A stretch of DNA of 64,000 nucleotides from Lytechinus pictus (GCF_037042905.1 NC_087250.1:28274001-28338000), one strand, 5' to 3'. Positions 25,334-38,639 are shown, counted from the first letter of the stretch. Made by a program: numbers and translations. Notes: generated from the sequence alone by a model not told the origin.

Positions 25334-26938
25334 TATAATGAAAAGCTGTAATGGAAACTGAAAGTGTAAAAAAATCAAGCATTTGTCCAAAAGAAAAAGA
25401 GAAAATAATCCAAGCATTGTCAACCTTATTTTACCACACATAGAGATGTAACTGAGAACATGGTTATATCATAACCTTGTTCATTGAATGAGTGGTCTCT
25501 GTAATCCTGTATTTTGGTTGTTCCACTGAACTGCATTGGCTCCACTCACCAAACCAAAGACTGAAGTCTAGTTGGCCCGTACGTACAGACAACATATTGG
25601 CAGTAACGTTAGATCTAGTATTTGGTGGAAAAATGATTTTCGAATCATGTTCTTGTACATAAAATGCCACATTATAAAAAAGAAATTACATACAAATTTA
25701 CGAAAAAATATATCAAATTCAGAAATATCGTACCTTAGACCACAGCTACCGCTAATTCCTTTCAAATGATGATCAAAGCAAAACATAGATATAATAATCT
25801 TTGATCCTTTCGTTGGTCAACGTAAGTTGCCATCTTGGATGACGTCTAGAAAAGCTGGAGCATCACTCATCTTGGAGGAAATAGGGGTCAGAGTGAAAAT
25901 AATATCCTAGTCAAGCTGGAGATTAATCAATTTAGTATTGTCTGGATAGTATTGAATACTGGTGAGCTTGAAGTCAATGGCATTGAATGAGCTAATGTTA
26001 GCCCCCCCAAAAAAAATCCAAAAAACTTGAACATGTTTTCTACTGAGGAGACTACTAGGGTGTGAAACAGGCCCAAAATGAACAGCAACCGGCAACAACA
26101 ACAAATGTTGAGGGGGCAAGATATGGCATATCGGGCCAAATTTATAAAAAGCTTCGAGTGAAGCGAACAAGCAAAAATTTAGACATTTTTATTACCCAAA
26201 TCCTATTTTGTGGCACATTTTGACATATTCCAGTCGAGACACTGGTCCAAACTCGGCATTGTCACAGAAAACAAGGATATCCTCATATCCATAAACCAAG
26301 GACAATCTCAATTTATCAAGACATGATTTGTCTTGCCCCTTGCCTTGGTTTATGGAATGTTATGGGGACGTTTTTTTTTTTTTTTCACTTAACGGTACCC
26401 TTGTGGAATGACAATTACCAGGAATTAGAGTGCTGAAAATAGATTCAGTGACCTCAATTCCCCTAATTCACGATCTCTTTTTCACGACTATCTGTCTTCC
26501 AATAATCTTGTTATAAAACCTGTTATGTATTGGCTAGCGCACTTGATTGATGTCGGCACTTGACAGGTCAATGAACTTTTCTTGTGTGGAGAAATCTTTG
26601 AAAACTGAGACAGTCCCTGTAAACTGAGATGATCCCAATTTTCTGACCAGCACCTCTATGACTGTCTTCAGACAAAAATGTATTTTTTCACTTTTCTGAA
26701 TTCTTTTTTTTTCTTGGTCATGATTTGTGTGTTTTTTTTTTTTTTTTTTTGGGGGGGGGAGAGCCCAACAAGTCCCCCCATCTCTACAACACTGGTTGAA
26801 GTTATGAAGTGAAATGATCTTGGGAGGGCTCCCTTGATGTCTAGCTAAGTAGCAGATTTTTTATGGAGCTCCGTTTTAAACTTTGAATTTTCGGCCAAAA
26901 GTCTATTTTCCGCATCGTGAGACATAAAATAACTGAAG

Positions 26939-27845
26939 ATGGGTAAAAGTGACAGCCTTAAGAGACAACGCCAAGCAACTTCTGAGGAAAAAAGTGACGT
27001 CAAATCAGGAAAAGCGAACAATGCTGACAAGACTGCCACGCCCCGGGAAAAGGTACGTACTGCAAGTACGAACGATACAGATATGATGTTACGTAACATT
27101 CTCGAGAAGGTGTCTGTTCTTGATGAGATTAAAACTGAATATAAATACCATATCAGAGAGAATGAGCAGAATTGAAACTAAGTTTGAGAGGATGGATACA
27201 AGGATTCAAGATGTGGAAAATGCGACAGAGTTTATGGAAAATGAAATGAGGGAAATGGAGGAAGAAATTCAAAACATTCAAGCAACAAAGGCGAGCTATG
27301 AATATGTTAATAAGCTGAGAAGAGATGTAGTAGATCTAGTCAACCGTAGCAAGCAAAACAACGTGATCCTACATGGGATTCCTGAAGGGGTAGAAGGCGC
27401 ACCGAGCAATTGCATAACATTTGCACGTGACTTCTTCAGGTAGTATTTGCATATCAATGATGTTGAGATTGAACGTGCCCATCGAACCCCCGCCAGCGCC
27501 AGAGATCAGCGAAGCGAGAGACCGAGTAGGCCACGCCCAATGCACGTTAAATTGCTCCGATACACAGATAGAGTGGCAATCTTGAAAGAAAGCGGCAAAC
27601 TCAAAGCAGTTGAAATTCAGGGGTCACGTGTTGGAATAAGCGATGATGTTCACACGGATACAAGAAACGAACACAAGAGGCTAATGATGAAAGTGAAAGA
27701 TCTTCGATCACAAAATATATTTGCATTCATCCCAAACTCAGTACCACGTGTTATAAAGTATAAAGATGTCCCCAAAGATCTACCCGGCCCCCTTAAAACA
27801 TTGAGGTTGGCCGATCTTGATAACGGCAATGTTAAAACGGTCTGA
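26939..27845 (+). pseudogene. LINE ORF1p (coiled coil + RRM, L1 type), with frameshift and stop
   Basis: Three consecutive ORFs with DLVNRSKQNNVILHGIPEG and EIERAHR...PRP; frameshift near 27135 and TAG at 27441. Confidence 0.88.
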
Positions 27846-28398
27846 TAAAGTGTTTAGAGAAATAAACAATACGACTACGTCTCTCTTTTTATGTCATACG
27901 AATGTCTGTGCCGACAACTAATCTTTTACTGCCAGGAGCTCCCCTCCCTGCACTACTTTTTGTTTTTTCCATCATGATAGGTAAACTTAAAGCGGTCGAC
28001 CCTCTGACTTCTTTTTTACCCTTATTTTTTATGTGTCTGGTACGGGTAGTCCGGTTTTTAGGTTTTTGTTTGTTTGCCTATAAATCTAGGCCTGAAAGTA
28101 ATTCACATTATATTTTACTTTCCATGTTTGTATTTGTGAAGATATCTCAATACTTAATTATACGGTTGTTATCAACACATAATAACCTATCAACTTTATG
28201 AACGATTTTATAGATATAAAAATTTGCTCCCTGAATGTAAGGGGTTTGAGAAACGATTTTAAGAGAAGGTGCATTTTCAACTGGATCAGGACTCTTGACT
28301 TTCATCTAATACTGTTACAAGAATGAAGAATCCCACTCGACAACGAGATCAGAGCGAAGATGGAAACACGAATGGGGATATAAAATATTATTTAATCT

Positions 28399-29079
28399 GA
28401 AGTTCTCAAACCAAAAAGTGACAAGGAGACCACCGACAGAATACCGCTTGTGACCACCTTCCATCCCAATCTACCCCCTCTCCGCAAAATCCTGTTTGAT
28501 AACCACCACATTTTACACACTTCTGATCGTCTCCAACAGGCCGTTCCCGATACTCCCCTTCTAGCATACCGACGCCCACCGAATCTCAGGGACCTCATTG
28601 TTCGTGCTGAAGTGCCCTCCCTCACTAACCATTCTTCTCCCATACAGCATGGCACCTTCAAATGCACCAGCAACAGGTGCATCATATGTGAAATACACCT
28701 TCACGAGGGCGATACTTTCACCAGCAACTCTACCAGCCTGTCTCACCAAATCAAGGGCAACATCACATGCACTACCACTAATGTTGTATATCTCATCACT
28801 TGCAGAGTTTGTAGGGTACAATACATAGGGGAAACCAAGACCACACTCAAGAAACGATTCTACGGGCACAGATCCACCGTCAACACAGCAAAGCTGGACA
28901 CTCCAGTTGGCCGCCATTTTAACCTCCCCAACCACTCCATCACTGACATGATGCTACAGGGCATCGAATCTTTAGGTACCCGTCCTGACTCAGTCCGTAC
29001 TAGCAGGGAGAAGCTCTGGATGAGACGACTTCGCACCACCCAACCTCATGGCCTGAACATCCAAGAGGGGAACGACTGA
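28399..29079 (+). CDS. Penelope-like linker + GIY-YIG endonuclease (5'-truncated, frame open)
   Basis: AYRRPPNLRDLIVRA, CxxxxCxxC linker, NVVYLITCRVCRVQYIGET...RFYGH...HFN...RE..W...L.T..P.GLN. Confidence 0.9.
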   Translation, partial: EVLKPKSDKETTDRIPLVTTFHPNLPPLRKILFDNHHILHTSDRLQQAVPDTPLLAYRRPPNLRDLIVRAEVPSLTNHSSPIQHGTFKCTSNRCIICEIHLHEGDTFTSNSTSLSHQIKGNITCTTTNVVYLITCRVCRVQYIGETKTTLKKRFYGHRSTVNTAKLDTPVGRHFNLPNHSITDMMLQGIESLGTRPDSVRTSREKLWMRRLRTTQPHGLNIQEGND

Positions 29080-29398
29080 TTTTTCTTTCCTATCCACTTT
29101 CAATTTATATATACATATAATTTTTCCCCTCAGCTCTTTTGAATAGTTACATTATAGTTTCTTACTCTACTTTCCTCCCATATCTCATACAAGCTCAGCT
29201 CCAATTTTTCCTTCCTTATTCAGGCGATATAATAATTATTATATATATATATATATTTGTTTTTTCTCCACTCACCTCTTTTAGATTTACCACATTTGCT
29301 TATTTACATGTATACTATGGTTTCTTCATAATACACCCCCTCTCTTCTATATTTGCTTTTACCTTTTTAGGCAATTTGCTTCCTCTTTTTCACATATA

Positions 29399-29442
<44 letters not shown>

Positions 29443-30019
29443 CTTTCCTTCTATATAGTCTTATGTTTTTCCCGTCACACCTAGCGGATTACCATATCAG
29501 TTACACCATATGTGTATATATTTATATATTTTTTCATATACATTTCTCTTTTGGATATATTTATATACATATCACTTATAGATACATATTTACACTTACC
29601 TTCTTCTCTTAGTTTGTTTAATGCTTTATCATATATACTTATATGTCTTTTGCACATTATCAGTTGTTCCCCATTCTTTTTCTTCTTTTTTTCCCCCCAC
29701 TCTTATGCACCAGTTTATTAAGCCTTTCTTTGTAACCTGTTTGACCCACCTCTCACTAATTCTCTAGTTATTCATCCCTCTATCACTGTTTTGTTCCAGA
29801 TCCTGTTTGATGTTGCCTGCCTCATTATCTTAATCCCTCTTGGCCTTACTTACACTAACTTCCCTTTGTGTCTGCCTACTCCTTTTCTTTCATCCCCTTC
29901 ACTAACCTGATTGGTCTTCTCTACTCACTAATGCCCCTTTTGTCTCCTTGTTTCTAGTGTTGCTGTAGCTTGTTTGTGGTCTATATTATGGTTGTTCCAC
30001 TTTATATGTTTGTCATTTT

Positions 30020-30058
30020 GCCTCCGACGAAGATTCTGCTAGGATCGAAAGCTTAGGC
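30020..30058 (+). ncRNA. Minimal type-I hammerhead-ribozyme-like motif (core variant CCGACGA)
   Basis: GCCT-CCGACGA-A-GATTC..GGATC-GAAA-GCTT-AGGC gives stem I, stem II and a palindromic stem III, at the Penelope 3' end where such motifs are expected. Confidence 0.6.
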
Positions 30059-33000
30059 CCCTTTTTGACTTTATAATATTATTTAATCACGGAACATCAG
30101 GAAGTGCCGGAGTGTGCATTCTCTTCAAACCATCTGCTTCATTTGACGTTGTAAACACTGTTAAAGACGACCACGGAAGAATACTACTTACGATATTAAA
30201 AATAAATGAAATGATGTTAACAGTTGGAAATATATACGGTCCAAACAACGACGACAGTTCTTTTTTCGAAGACTTACATTCTCTTATATTTGAACATTGT
30301 GAAGAACCCTATGTGTTAGCAGGAGATTTTAACACGGTTTTGGAACCCACAAAATATAAATTCCCCAAAGCTTTCCAAAACCATCCAAGATGTAAAAAGG
30401 TAATAATAGAAATAATTGATGATTTTGATTTACTGGACATTTGGCGCCATACTCATCTACCAGACAAAAAATATACATGGATGTGAAAAGATATGAGATT
30501 CAGAAGTAGAATTGATTATTTCCTCATTTCTCAAACCTTATCGTCTTCTGTTGTAACAAGTGACGTTACCTATGGTTATAAATCAGATTATTCGTTGGTA
30601 TCACTAGTTCTAATAAAATCAATTACCAAAAGGGGGCCAGGTTTCTGGAAATTGAATACCTCTCTTTTAGCTGATACTGTCAAGAAAATTAAAAAAGAAA
30701 TTGTTTCAATTTTGAATGGAAATGATAACCTTCACCCCTTACAACGCTGGGAATATTTGAAGTACAAAATAAAACAGAAGATAATACAAATCTCAAAACA
30801 AAAGAAAATGGAAGATCAGGAGAAAATGAAAAGTTTAGAAAAAGAAATCAATTATTTAAATGATATTATTCAAAGTTGCGTGGATAATGAATTAGCAAGC
30901 AAATTAGAAGAGAAAAAAAGAGAATTTGAAATATTACATGAAGGTGTTGTACGTGGGACAATCGTGCGATCGAAAGTGAGATGGATCGCAGAGGGAGAGA
31001 AAAATACCAAATACTTTGCAAACTTAGAAAAAAGAAATTACCAACAGAAATGTATATTTCGGCTCCAAACAGATACAGGTATTATTTTTAATTCAAAAAA
31101 TATTCTTGAAGAAGAAAGGACCTTTTATGCTAATTTGTATTCATCTCAAGAGAACATTCTGAATAAGAATATATCAATGAAAAACTTAAATATACCAACT
31201 GTAAATGAGAGTGACATAAATATGTTGGGATCAATGATAACAGAGAAGGAGTGTTATGATTCGATTATGTCTTTTGCAACAAGTCACCAGGGAGTGACGG
31301 GTTGCCAATTGAGTTCTACAAGACTTTTTGGAATGAAATAAATCCTTTACTATGTTCAGTTTTTAATGAAAGTTTTGAAAAAAATGTATTACCTCATTCA
31401 ATGAGGAGAAGTATTATTACACTGTTGCCTAAAAAAGGGAAAAATTTACTTTTACTGAAAAATTGGCGTCCAATCTCTTTATTAAATAGTGATTATAAGA
31501 TTCTCGCAAAAATTATTTCTTTCCAAATAAAAAAAGTAATATCACCTCTCATAAATCATGATCAATGTGGTTTTCTCAAAGGATGTTATATTGGCGAAAA
31601 TTTAAGACTTTTTATTGATATTCAAAATTATTGCAAAAAGCACAATGTTGGCGGTCTTGCACTCTGTATTGACTTTGAAAAAGCGTTTGATACAGTTGAG
31701 TGGTCTTTTATATACAAAACAATAAGAAGGTTCGGTTTCAGTGAAAAATTTGTTCGTTGGGTTCAACTTCTTTATGTTGATATTAAAGGTTGTGTAATAA
31801 ATAATGGCTATTCCTCAAATATTTTTGAAATACACCGCGGAGTATTAAAGACAAGGTTGTCCGCTCTCGCCATATCTCTTTATTTTAGTTGTTGAAATTT
31901 TAGGTTGTTTAGTTCGAGAAAATCAAGAAATTTGTGGTTTAAAAATATATGATAATACTGAAATAAAAATAAGTCAATATGCAGACGACACAACCATTTA
32001 CCTTGAACCCAACGAACAAAACTTATGAAAATGCATATCTGTATTAAATACTTTTAAAGAAATGTCTGGATTGAAAGTCAATGTTGAAAAGTGTAATGTT
32101 ATTCAACTTGGGAATTGTACAATGTATTTATGCCAAGACATTCCTTTTTAATGGCCCGTAGATTATTTTTCTTATTTAGGCATAAAAATCCCATTAAGCG
32201 ATAAACATACTTTTTTTTTATTTAAACTTTATACCAAAACTGGATGAGATCAAATCTCTGTTAAACATTTGGAATGGTAGATCTCTTACATTGTATGGAA
32301 AGATAGTAGTAATAAAAAAATTGGTCATTCCAAAACTAATATATCTTTTAAGCATTATTTCAGACCCACCACCGACCTTCTTTATCGAAATGCAACAGCA
32401 ATTATTTAATTTTTTATGGAGTAAAAAAGGTGATAAAATTAAGCGTTCTCTGTTATACAATGACTACAAAGATAGTGGTCTAAAAATGTTACATTTGTCA
32501 CGTTTTAATCAAGCACTTAAAGTATCATGGGTCAAAAGATTTTTAGATGATGATAATGGGAAATGGAAGTGTTTTTTTAAAGAATCTGTTCGTTTCATTG
32601 GTGAGAGCAAATTTACGATTTTGAATATTAGCAAAAGTCATATATTATTCAATCCATGTACCAAAACTGTTTAGAATGATGTATTGAGTTCATGGTCATA
32701 TTACAGATACTATCATCCTGTTAAGTTTAAGGAAATACTGTCGCAACCTCTGTGGTTCAATTCACACATTTTAGTTGATGGAAAACCTCTTTATATTCAA
32801 AGATGGTCAGAATCTTCTTTAAACACTATTTACGATTTTCTAACAGAAGATGGACTTTTTAAGTCTTTTGAAGTTATAGTTGAGAACTACGGTTACACAT
32901 CCATCATGATGTATAATTCATTATTATCTGCCATACCAAATGAATGGAAAAGAGTTATTAGAAAAAAAATACATAAAACAGAATACACCTTTTGAACCAC

Positions 33001-34433
33001 ACGACGATCGATTACGTAATTTCCTTAAACACAATAAAGTTTCTAAACTGTTATTCTCATTTTATAAATAATTATACTTTGGACATGTCAGAGACAGATC
33101 AACGTTACAAATGGGAAAACGACCTTTCACTGCAACTATCAAATAATGAAATTTGGAATTCTCGTTTTACCCTGATATACAAATCGTCAATAGATAACAA
33201 ACTAAGGAACTTCCAAGTTAAATTTATACACAGAAAAGTGTCGACAAATCGTTATTTATATAAAATCGGAATTTTGATCAAGACATATATGTGATTTTTG
33301 TAATGAACAAAATCAAACATTGATGCATCTGTTTTTTGAATGCCAATTTGTTTCGAACTTTTGGAACAATTTGTGTACTTGGTTGACTTTAAAAATTATA
33401 CGTTCTTATAAGTTATCTAATTTAGAAATTTGTTTTGGAACATTGGATAGAGAACATTTTTATTTGGTAAATACCATAATACTATGCAGCAAATATTTTA
33501 TTTTTTCATGCAAATATAGTAAAACAATTCCTCTTTTAAAATCGTTTCTATGTACTCTAACACAGTTAGAAAAAACAGAACGCTACATTTCTTTTAAACA
33601 TAATCGTTCGGAGTTTCACAGAAAAAAGTGGAATATAATTACTATGAAAGAGTAAAGGGCATAGATCTATTTTTTGTTGTTTTGAATTAGATCTGTTGTA
33701 TATTACTTTAACCTAGCATGGTGTCTATCTATATGAATGTAAAAGAATCATGTATCTGTTTCTGAGATATTTTTGTTAAAATGTGAATTGCAAATAAAAC
33801 TCATTAAAAAAAAAAAGTGAAATGATCTTTCACTTTCATTTCAGGAAAAAAGAAGGAAGGGAATAGTTTTTTATTTCTTAATTGTTTTCAATGAAATGAA
33901 AACAATTTTGAGGGAATATTGCAAAATATGTGAGCATTTCATACATGTTTAAGATGTGAAAACAACTTTTTTGAAGCAGTATTTTTTTGTTCACACCCCT
34001 CTTGCCTGGTAAACCTAACCATCTGTTTATTAGAAGGTTACATTAGGTTCAATTGCAGGATCTTCTGTTCCTTTATGTCCAGCTCCTGGTGATTTACAGT
34101 GACACTCTCGTCTGAAGAATTGGCGCGGTTTGGCGGAGGAACCTTATAATGAAATTTAAATTCTGCATTACACCACCAATATCAATTCTCTTCAAATTGT
34201 AGTATATCCTCAGACTCTACTACAAGCTTTAATAGAAAGACTATTCCATAGAAGTTTGTATGTGTATTCTTGTTACATGTAGGTCTAATCTTGAAAAGCT
34301 TGTGTGCATGACCCCATTATATTGGTGTGAGAATTCAGTTTTAGACATGAGGCAACATCAGGGTAATATTTGTGGAGAAGGTATCTATCATGTCACCCCT
34401 AGCTTGTCTATAAACAAGAGTAGGCCAATGAAT

Positions 34434-35053
34434 AGACAAGTCCACCCAACAAATAGTTGATTCAAATAAAAAGAGAAAAATCCAACAAGCATAACACTGA
34501 AAATTTGATCAAAATCGGTTGTAAAATAAGAAAGTTATTACATTTTGAATTTTCACTTAATAAAAAAAAACAGTTATATGCACACCCTGCTCGGTATGCA
34601 AATGAGGAGACTGATAAGAAAGTTATGACATTATAAAGTTTCATCAAATATCATCCATTCACTATTTCTTTTGTATTTTATTATTTGAAATCTGAAATAT
34701 TCTGATTTTATCCTCATTTTCAAGTGAAACAACAATTAATCCCCCCTGAACCTGTGGAATTAGCATTGTTTAGTACTATTTGGTTCAGTCAAGTTGGTCC
34801 TTATTGTCAAACGTGTAAAAAATAAAATATTGTATTAATTCAAACAATAAATAACAAAATAAATAGTGAGTGATGGACATCATCGACTGACTCACCTTGT
34901 TGTGAATATCACTGTTTTCTGAAAAATAAGTGAAACTTTAAAATGTCATAACTTTCTTATTTTGCATCCGATTTTGATGAAATTTTCAGCGTCATACTAG
35001 TTGGATTTTTCTCTATTTATTCAATCAACATTTTTCTGGAGTAAACTTGACCT
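34434..35053. mobile_element. Kolobok-like MITE (older copy)
   Basis: Aligns along its length to 39624-40229 and ends ACTTGACCT|TTAA. Confidence 0.7.
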
Positions 35054-35740
35054 TTAAGCTTCTTCAGTCTGTCAGGAAATGAGAGCCTTTTCATAAGATG
35101 GGACTTAGCGAGTAGCTCACTCTGCACACTAAAAAAAACCCTGTGTCTAGATAATGGTTCAGATTTTCTTAATTTGATAAGAAGACGTTTTGAGACCATT
35201 TAGAGTTCATGTAATACCTAGTGTTTCTATCACATGTGATCTTATTTTGGGTTGTATATTGTTCAATAAGGCCTAGAGGCTAGACCATGTTTCAGATGAC
35301 TTTGTAGGCCTAGAGTAAATCAGAATTAATCAGATTTTTACTTTTCATGTGTCAAGGCATTCAGGATGCATTTCTGAGACGGATGGGGTATGAGATGTTT
35401 ATGTCGGTGTATTTGTAAATTGCTGTGTAACAAAAAGTTGCATGAGATTCGAATAAAAGGTCATGCAACTTTTGACACCAATGGGAAAATTGTGGAGTAT
35501 TTTTTTATTTATATACTAGTATTTAATATCTGTGTGTGTTATATAGAAATTAAGCCCTGAAAATATCAAGATTTAAGGCATTTGATGTTCATAGAATAGT
35601 TTAAGGCCTGGATTTTTTCAAAGAATCTAAAGCCTGATTGGCAAAGCCTGCCTCTCACCTAGAGCTGAGATTTGTGCTTGTGTGTGAGCCAGGCTTAACA
35701 AGTTCAATAATGAAATATGTCTTTTTTGTGTCTACTGCAG

Positions 35741-36556
35741 GAAACATCTTGAAGCAGACAGTTTCTGGGATGATGGCAGACGTCTGATGCGGGTTTATCA
35801 TGATCACATAGCCATTCCTGTTAATACTCGGTGTACAGAGACATTGCTGAATAGAGATGGATTGGAAGGAAAGGTTTCATTTCTTAATGCATCAGATAGT
35901 AACAGTGAAGCTAATGAAACATTGAAGACAGGAGCACACCAGTCTCTTCTGAAGAGAGATGGATTGGAAGGAAAGGTATCATTTCTCAATGCATCAAATA
36001 GTAACAGTGAAGCTAATGAAACATTGAAGGCAGGAGCACACCGATCTCTCTTGAAGCCATCCTCATTTATAGAGAGTGGTGTAAAATCAGGTCTTCGAAC
36101 GCAAGGTAGTTCACCATTCTGCAGTAGTTCCCAAGAGAAAGAACAGTCTACCACTCTGTTATGTGTAACACCTGTTGGACATACACATGTGTCAGAGACT
36201 GGTAGCAGAACCCTTCTTCATTCAACCTCTAATAAGTATACAAGTGAGCTATCATGTCAGAATGGTGGTTTTCACCACTCTCCCACCAACCCATCTGGAC
36301 ATCCACCTGTATTATGGAATGGGAAAATATTCAACATGGAAGCAAAGCTGGTCTGCATGTATTTATCACCCTCAAAGAAAACTAAAATCACCTCTCCTTA
36401 CGATAGACTGAAAGTGATGATAGAAGGATGGATCAAAGAAAGAAGGATAGATTGGAAAGAGGAGTTAAGAGATGAGATTCCTAGGAATTGGGAGAGACAT
36501 GGAGATTTAGTGTTATTACCATCGTCATCCTTCAGAGATCAAGCATGGGATAATGT
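35741..36556 (+). CDS. TRMT12: tRNA wybutosine-synthesizing protein 2, first recognisable coding exon
   Basis: TACTGCAG| acceptor; KHLE...IAIPV...SPYDRLK...EIPRNWERHGDLVLL resembles the TYW2 N-terminal region. A GT|GTAGGT donor gives the correct phase into 37957. Confidence 0.85.
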
Positions 36557-37956
36557 GTAGGTATACAGTAGCAGCACAAGGAATTTTGAAATAGGGGGGC
36601 AAGTCAGTGTTTCCACTCTTCCCGAAATTCAGGAAATTTTGGGAAATTTTTATTTTATTTTTATTTGTTCCAGGAACGGTTTGGGAAATGAAAAAATTCC
36701 GGGAAATTCTGGGAAATCCGAAAATTACAATTCAACAACAATGAAGCGTTGTAACTTTTTATATTCATGTTATATTGGCATTGTTTACCTATAAACGTAT
36801 CTCAAAATTGTCCGTTGCATGTCATATTTTTTTAAGAGGGTGTGAAAAAAAAAGTTAAATTCCTATTTTGGTTACTTGGACCAAATGTTATTATTTATTA
36901 TTGCCTGATTTTTGTTAAAAAATTAAACTTAAAAATTCCAGGAAATGTCTATGATATTTGGGATTTAGTTTCAGGTAATTGATTTTGGATCTGTGGAAAC
37001 ACTGGGGCAAGTGGAGGTAAAAGATCTTTTTTTTTTCTCGCCTGCATAGCAGGGTGAGACTATAGGTGGTGGCGTTGTCAACATTGAAATCTTAACCAAG
37101 GCTAAGTTTGTGACATGTCATCATAACTTGTTTATGGGGGTGAATGAGAGGCAGAGAAGCATTTGCTATTCCATTTCCTTCAGTTTTAATTTTCATTTCA
37201 TTAGGGGGGGGGGGGGAACAATACATTATAGCCCCCATCCCCCTTGGTGCCACCACTAAAAAGTATCATCAGGGGCATTAGAAAGAACTAAAGGCATGAG
37301 AGAAAATACCTCTGCAATCATTTTAACATGCTCAAGGCAGAGTCAAGGGTGTTTTGACTTATTCAAAGGTATTGTGTGTGGGTAATTATTCAAATTCTCG
37401 AGCAAAAAAATATTTTGAAATGGTGATGTTATTTGATCAACCATCCTTGTCTCAAGACCATGACAAGGCATAGTCAGGTATTGATTTTTCAGAAAATTTA
37501 TCAAGTTTGATTTGTGTTTGACCCATCACAAGAGAAGTAAACTCTTGCACGCTCTTTTCGTTATAATGAACGTCCACTGCGAGACCACAGTAAAAGCCAT
37601 TCAAAGGCTAATTTGCGTTCATCATTACATTTTATTGCACTTGTGATGCTGAAGGTCGTAAAATCAAAACATGTCCTCTTTCAGAATGCTTTTTTTGTGT
37701 TTATATTTTTCTCCAAATTAAAATCTGAAAGAAATTTACTTTTTACGACCAGGAATATGGGACAATGATTGCACATTTTGGTTTCTTTAAGGTTTGCCTT
37801 TTGTAATTGCATTTGTATCATGATTTATTTTGCTGCTTACCTTTGAAAGTCAACATTAAACAATCCATAACCCTAAGATAATTCATGCCTGAAATTTATT
37901 TGCTTCAATTTAGAGCTTGGTCAATCTAATTTTTCTAAATTATTTCAATCATTCAG

Positions 37957-38106
37957 GCGAGACTTCTGGTCGTTGGTAGCCAAGGCTTTAAACTGTACAA
38001 GGATTGCCAAGAGAGGCCGAATTCAATCTGATGACTTTCGATCTCCGCACACAGAGATGGTTTTAGGATCAGACCCAATGGTTGAACACAGAGATAATGG
38101 AATCAG
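37957..38106 (+). CDS. TRMT12: TYW2 coding exon
   Basis: AG/GTAAGT boundaries; DFWSLVAKAL...RIAKRGRIQSDDFRSP...VEHRDNGI. Confidence 0.92.
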
Positions 38107-38529
38107 GTAAGTTTCTTGAACTTAAGAGTGATCTGCTACTACTACTTCTACTACTATTACAGGTAGATCAACTCCACCACCACCATCATCATCATCATCA
38201 TCATCATCTTCATGATCTTCATCATCATCACCGCCATCATCATCATCATCATTATCATCAGCATCATCATCATTATCATCATCGTCACCACCATCATCAT
38301 CGACCAGAATGTGCATATATAACTGTTTTGTGAAATTAAGCAAAATCTTAAAATGTCATATCTTTCTTACTTTACATCCGATTTTGATGAATTTGTCAGT
38401 GTTCTGCTTGTTGGATTTTTCTCCTTTTATTCAAATTATCTTTTTGTTGGGTCTTGGGTGGACTTGTCTTTTGATATATTGTATTGGTGAACTTGGTCTT
38501 TAATATCATTGTTTCTTTTTTATTTTCAG

Positions 38530-38639
38530 CTATTCCTTTGACATACGTTATAGCATGTTTTCTTCTGGTAACATCACTGAAAAGCTCAGAGTGTCTCATA
38601 TCGATTGCTCCAATGAGACAGTTGTTGATTTATATGCAG
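38530..38639 (+). CDS. TRMT12: TYW2 coding exon
   Basis: AG/GTAAG boundaries; YSFD...MFSSGNITEKLRV...VVDLYAG (SAM-binding motif I). Confidence 0.94.

Larger units (their letters stand above)
28398..30074 (+). mobile_element. 5'-truncated Penelope-like retroelement (Neptune-like) inserted in the LINE endonuclease
   Basis: 14-bp TSD AATATTATTTAATC (28384-28397 and 30075-30088); removing the insert restores EWGYKILFNHGTSGSAGVCILFK. Has a GIY-YIG ORF, a T-rich 3' UTR and a hammerhead-like motif. Confidence 0.93.
28198..33655 (+). pseudogene. LINE ORF2p (APE endonuclease, RT, Cys/His C-terminus), disrupted
   Basis: SLNVRGL, LLQE, NIYGPN, GDFN, SRIDYFL, WRPISLLN, DFEKAFD, YADD (31978-31989) and HLFFEC. 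Several stops and frameshifts plus the Penelope insertion. Confidence 0.93.
26822..33814 (+). mobile_element. Full-length decayed L1/Tx1-clade LINE
   Basis: 15-bp TSD AAGTGAAATGATCTT (26807-26821 and 33815-33829), AATAAA plus poly(A) at the 3' end, and ORF1 and ORF2 remnants in order. Confidence 0.95.

Noticed and set aside
27902..28201. 99-aa hydrophobic ORF between LINE ORF1 and ORF2
   Set aside because: T-rich inter-ORF spacer composition explains it; no motif support.
35641..35740. 'FVLVCEPGLT' resembling the TYW2 N-terminus just upstream of the exon
   Set aside because: Wrong frame, no start codon, upstream stop, and the segment ends in a good polypyrimidine/CAG acceptor.
36558..36560. 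In-frame TAG suggesting TRMT12 is a pseudogene
   Set aside because: A GTAGGT donor at 36557 removes it and gives the right phase into exon 37957 (WDNV-RDFW).
38082..38343. Poly-His / poly-Asp ORFs (similarly 22180-22485)
   Set aside because: (CAT)n microsatellites; the first lies in a TRMT12 intron.
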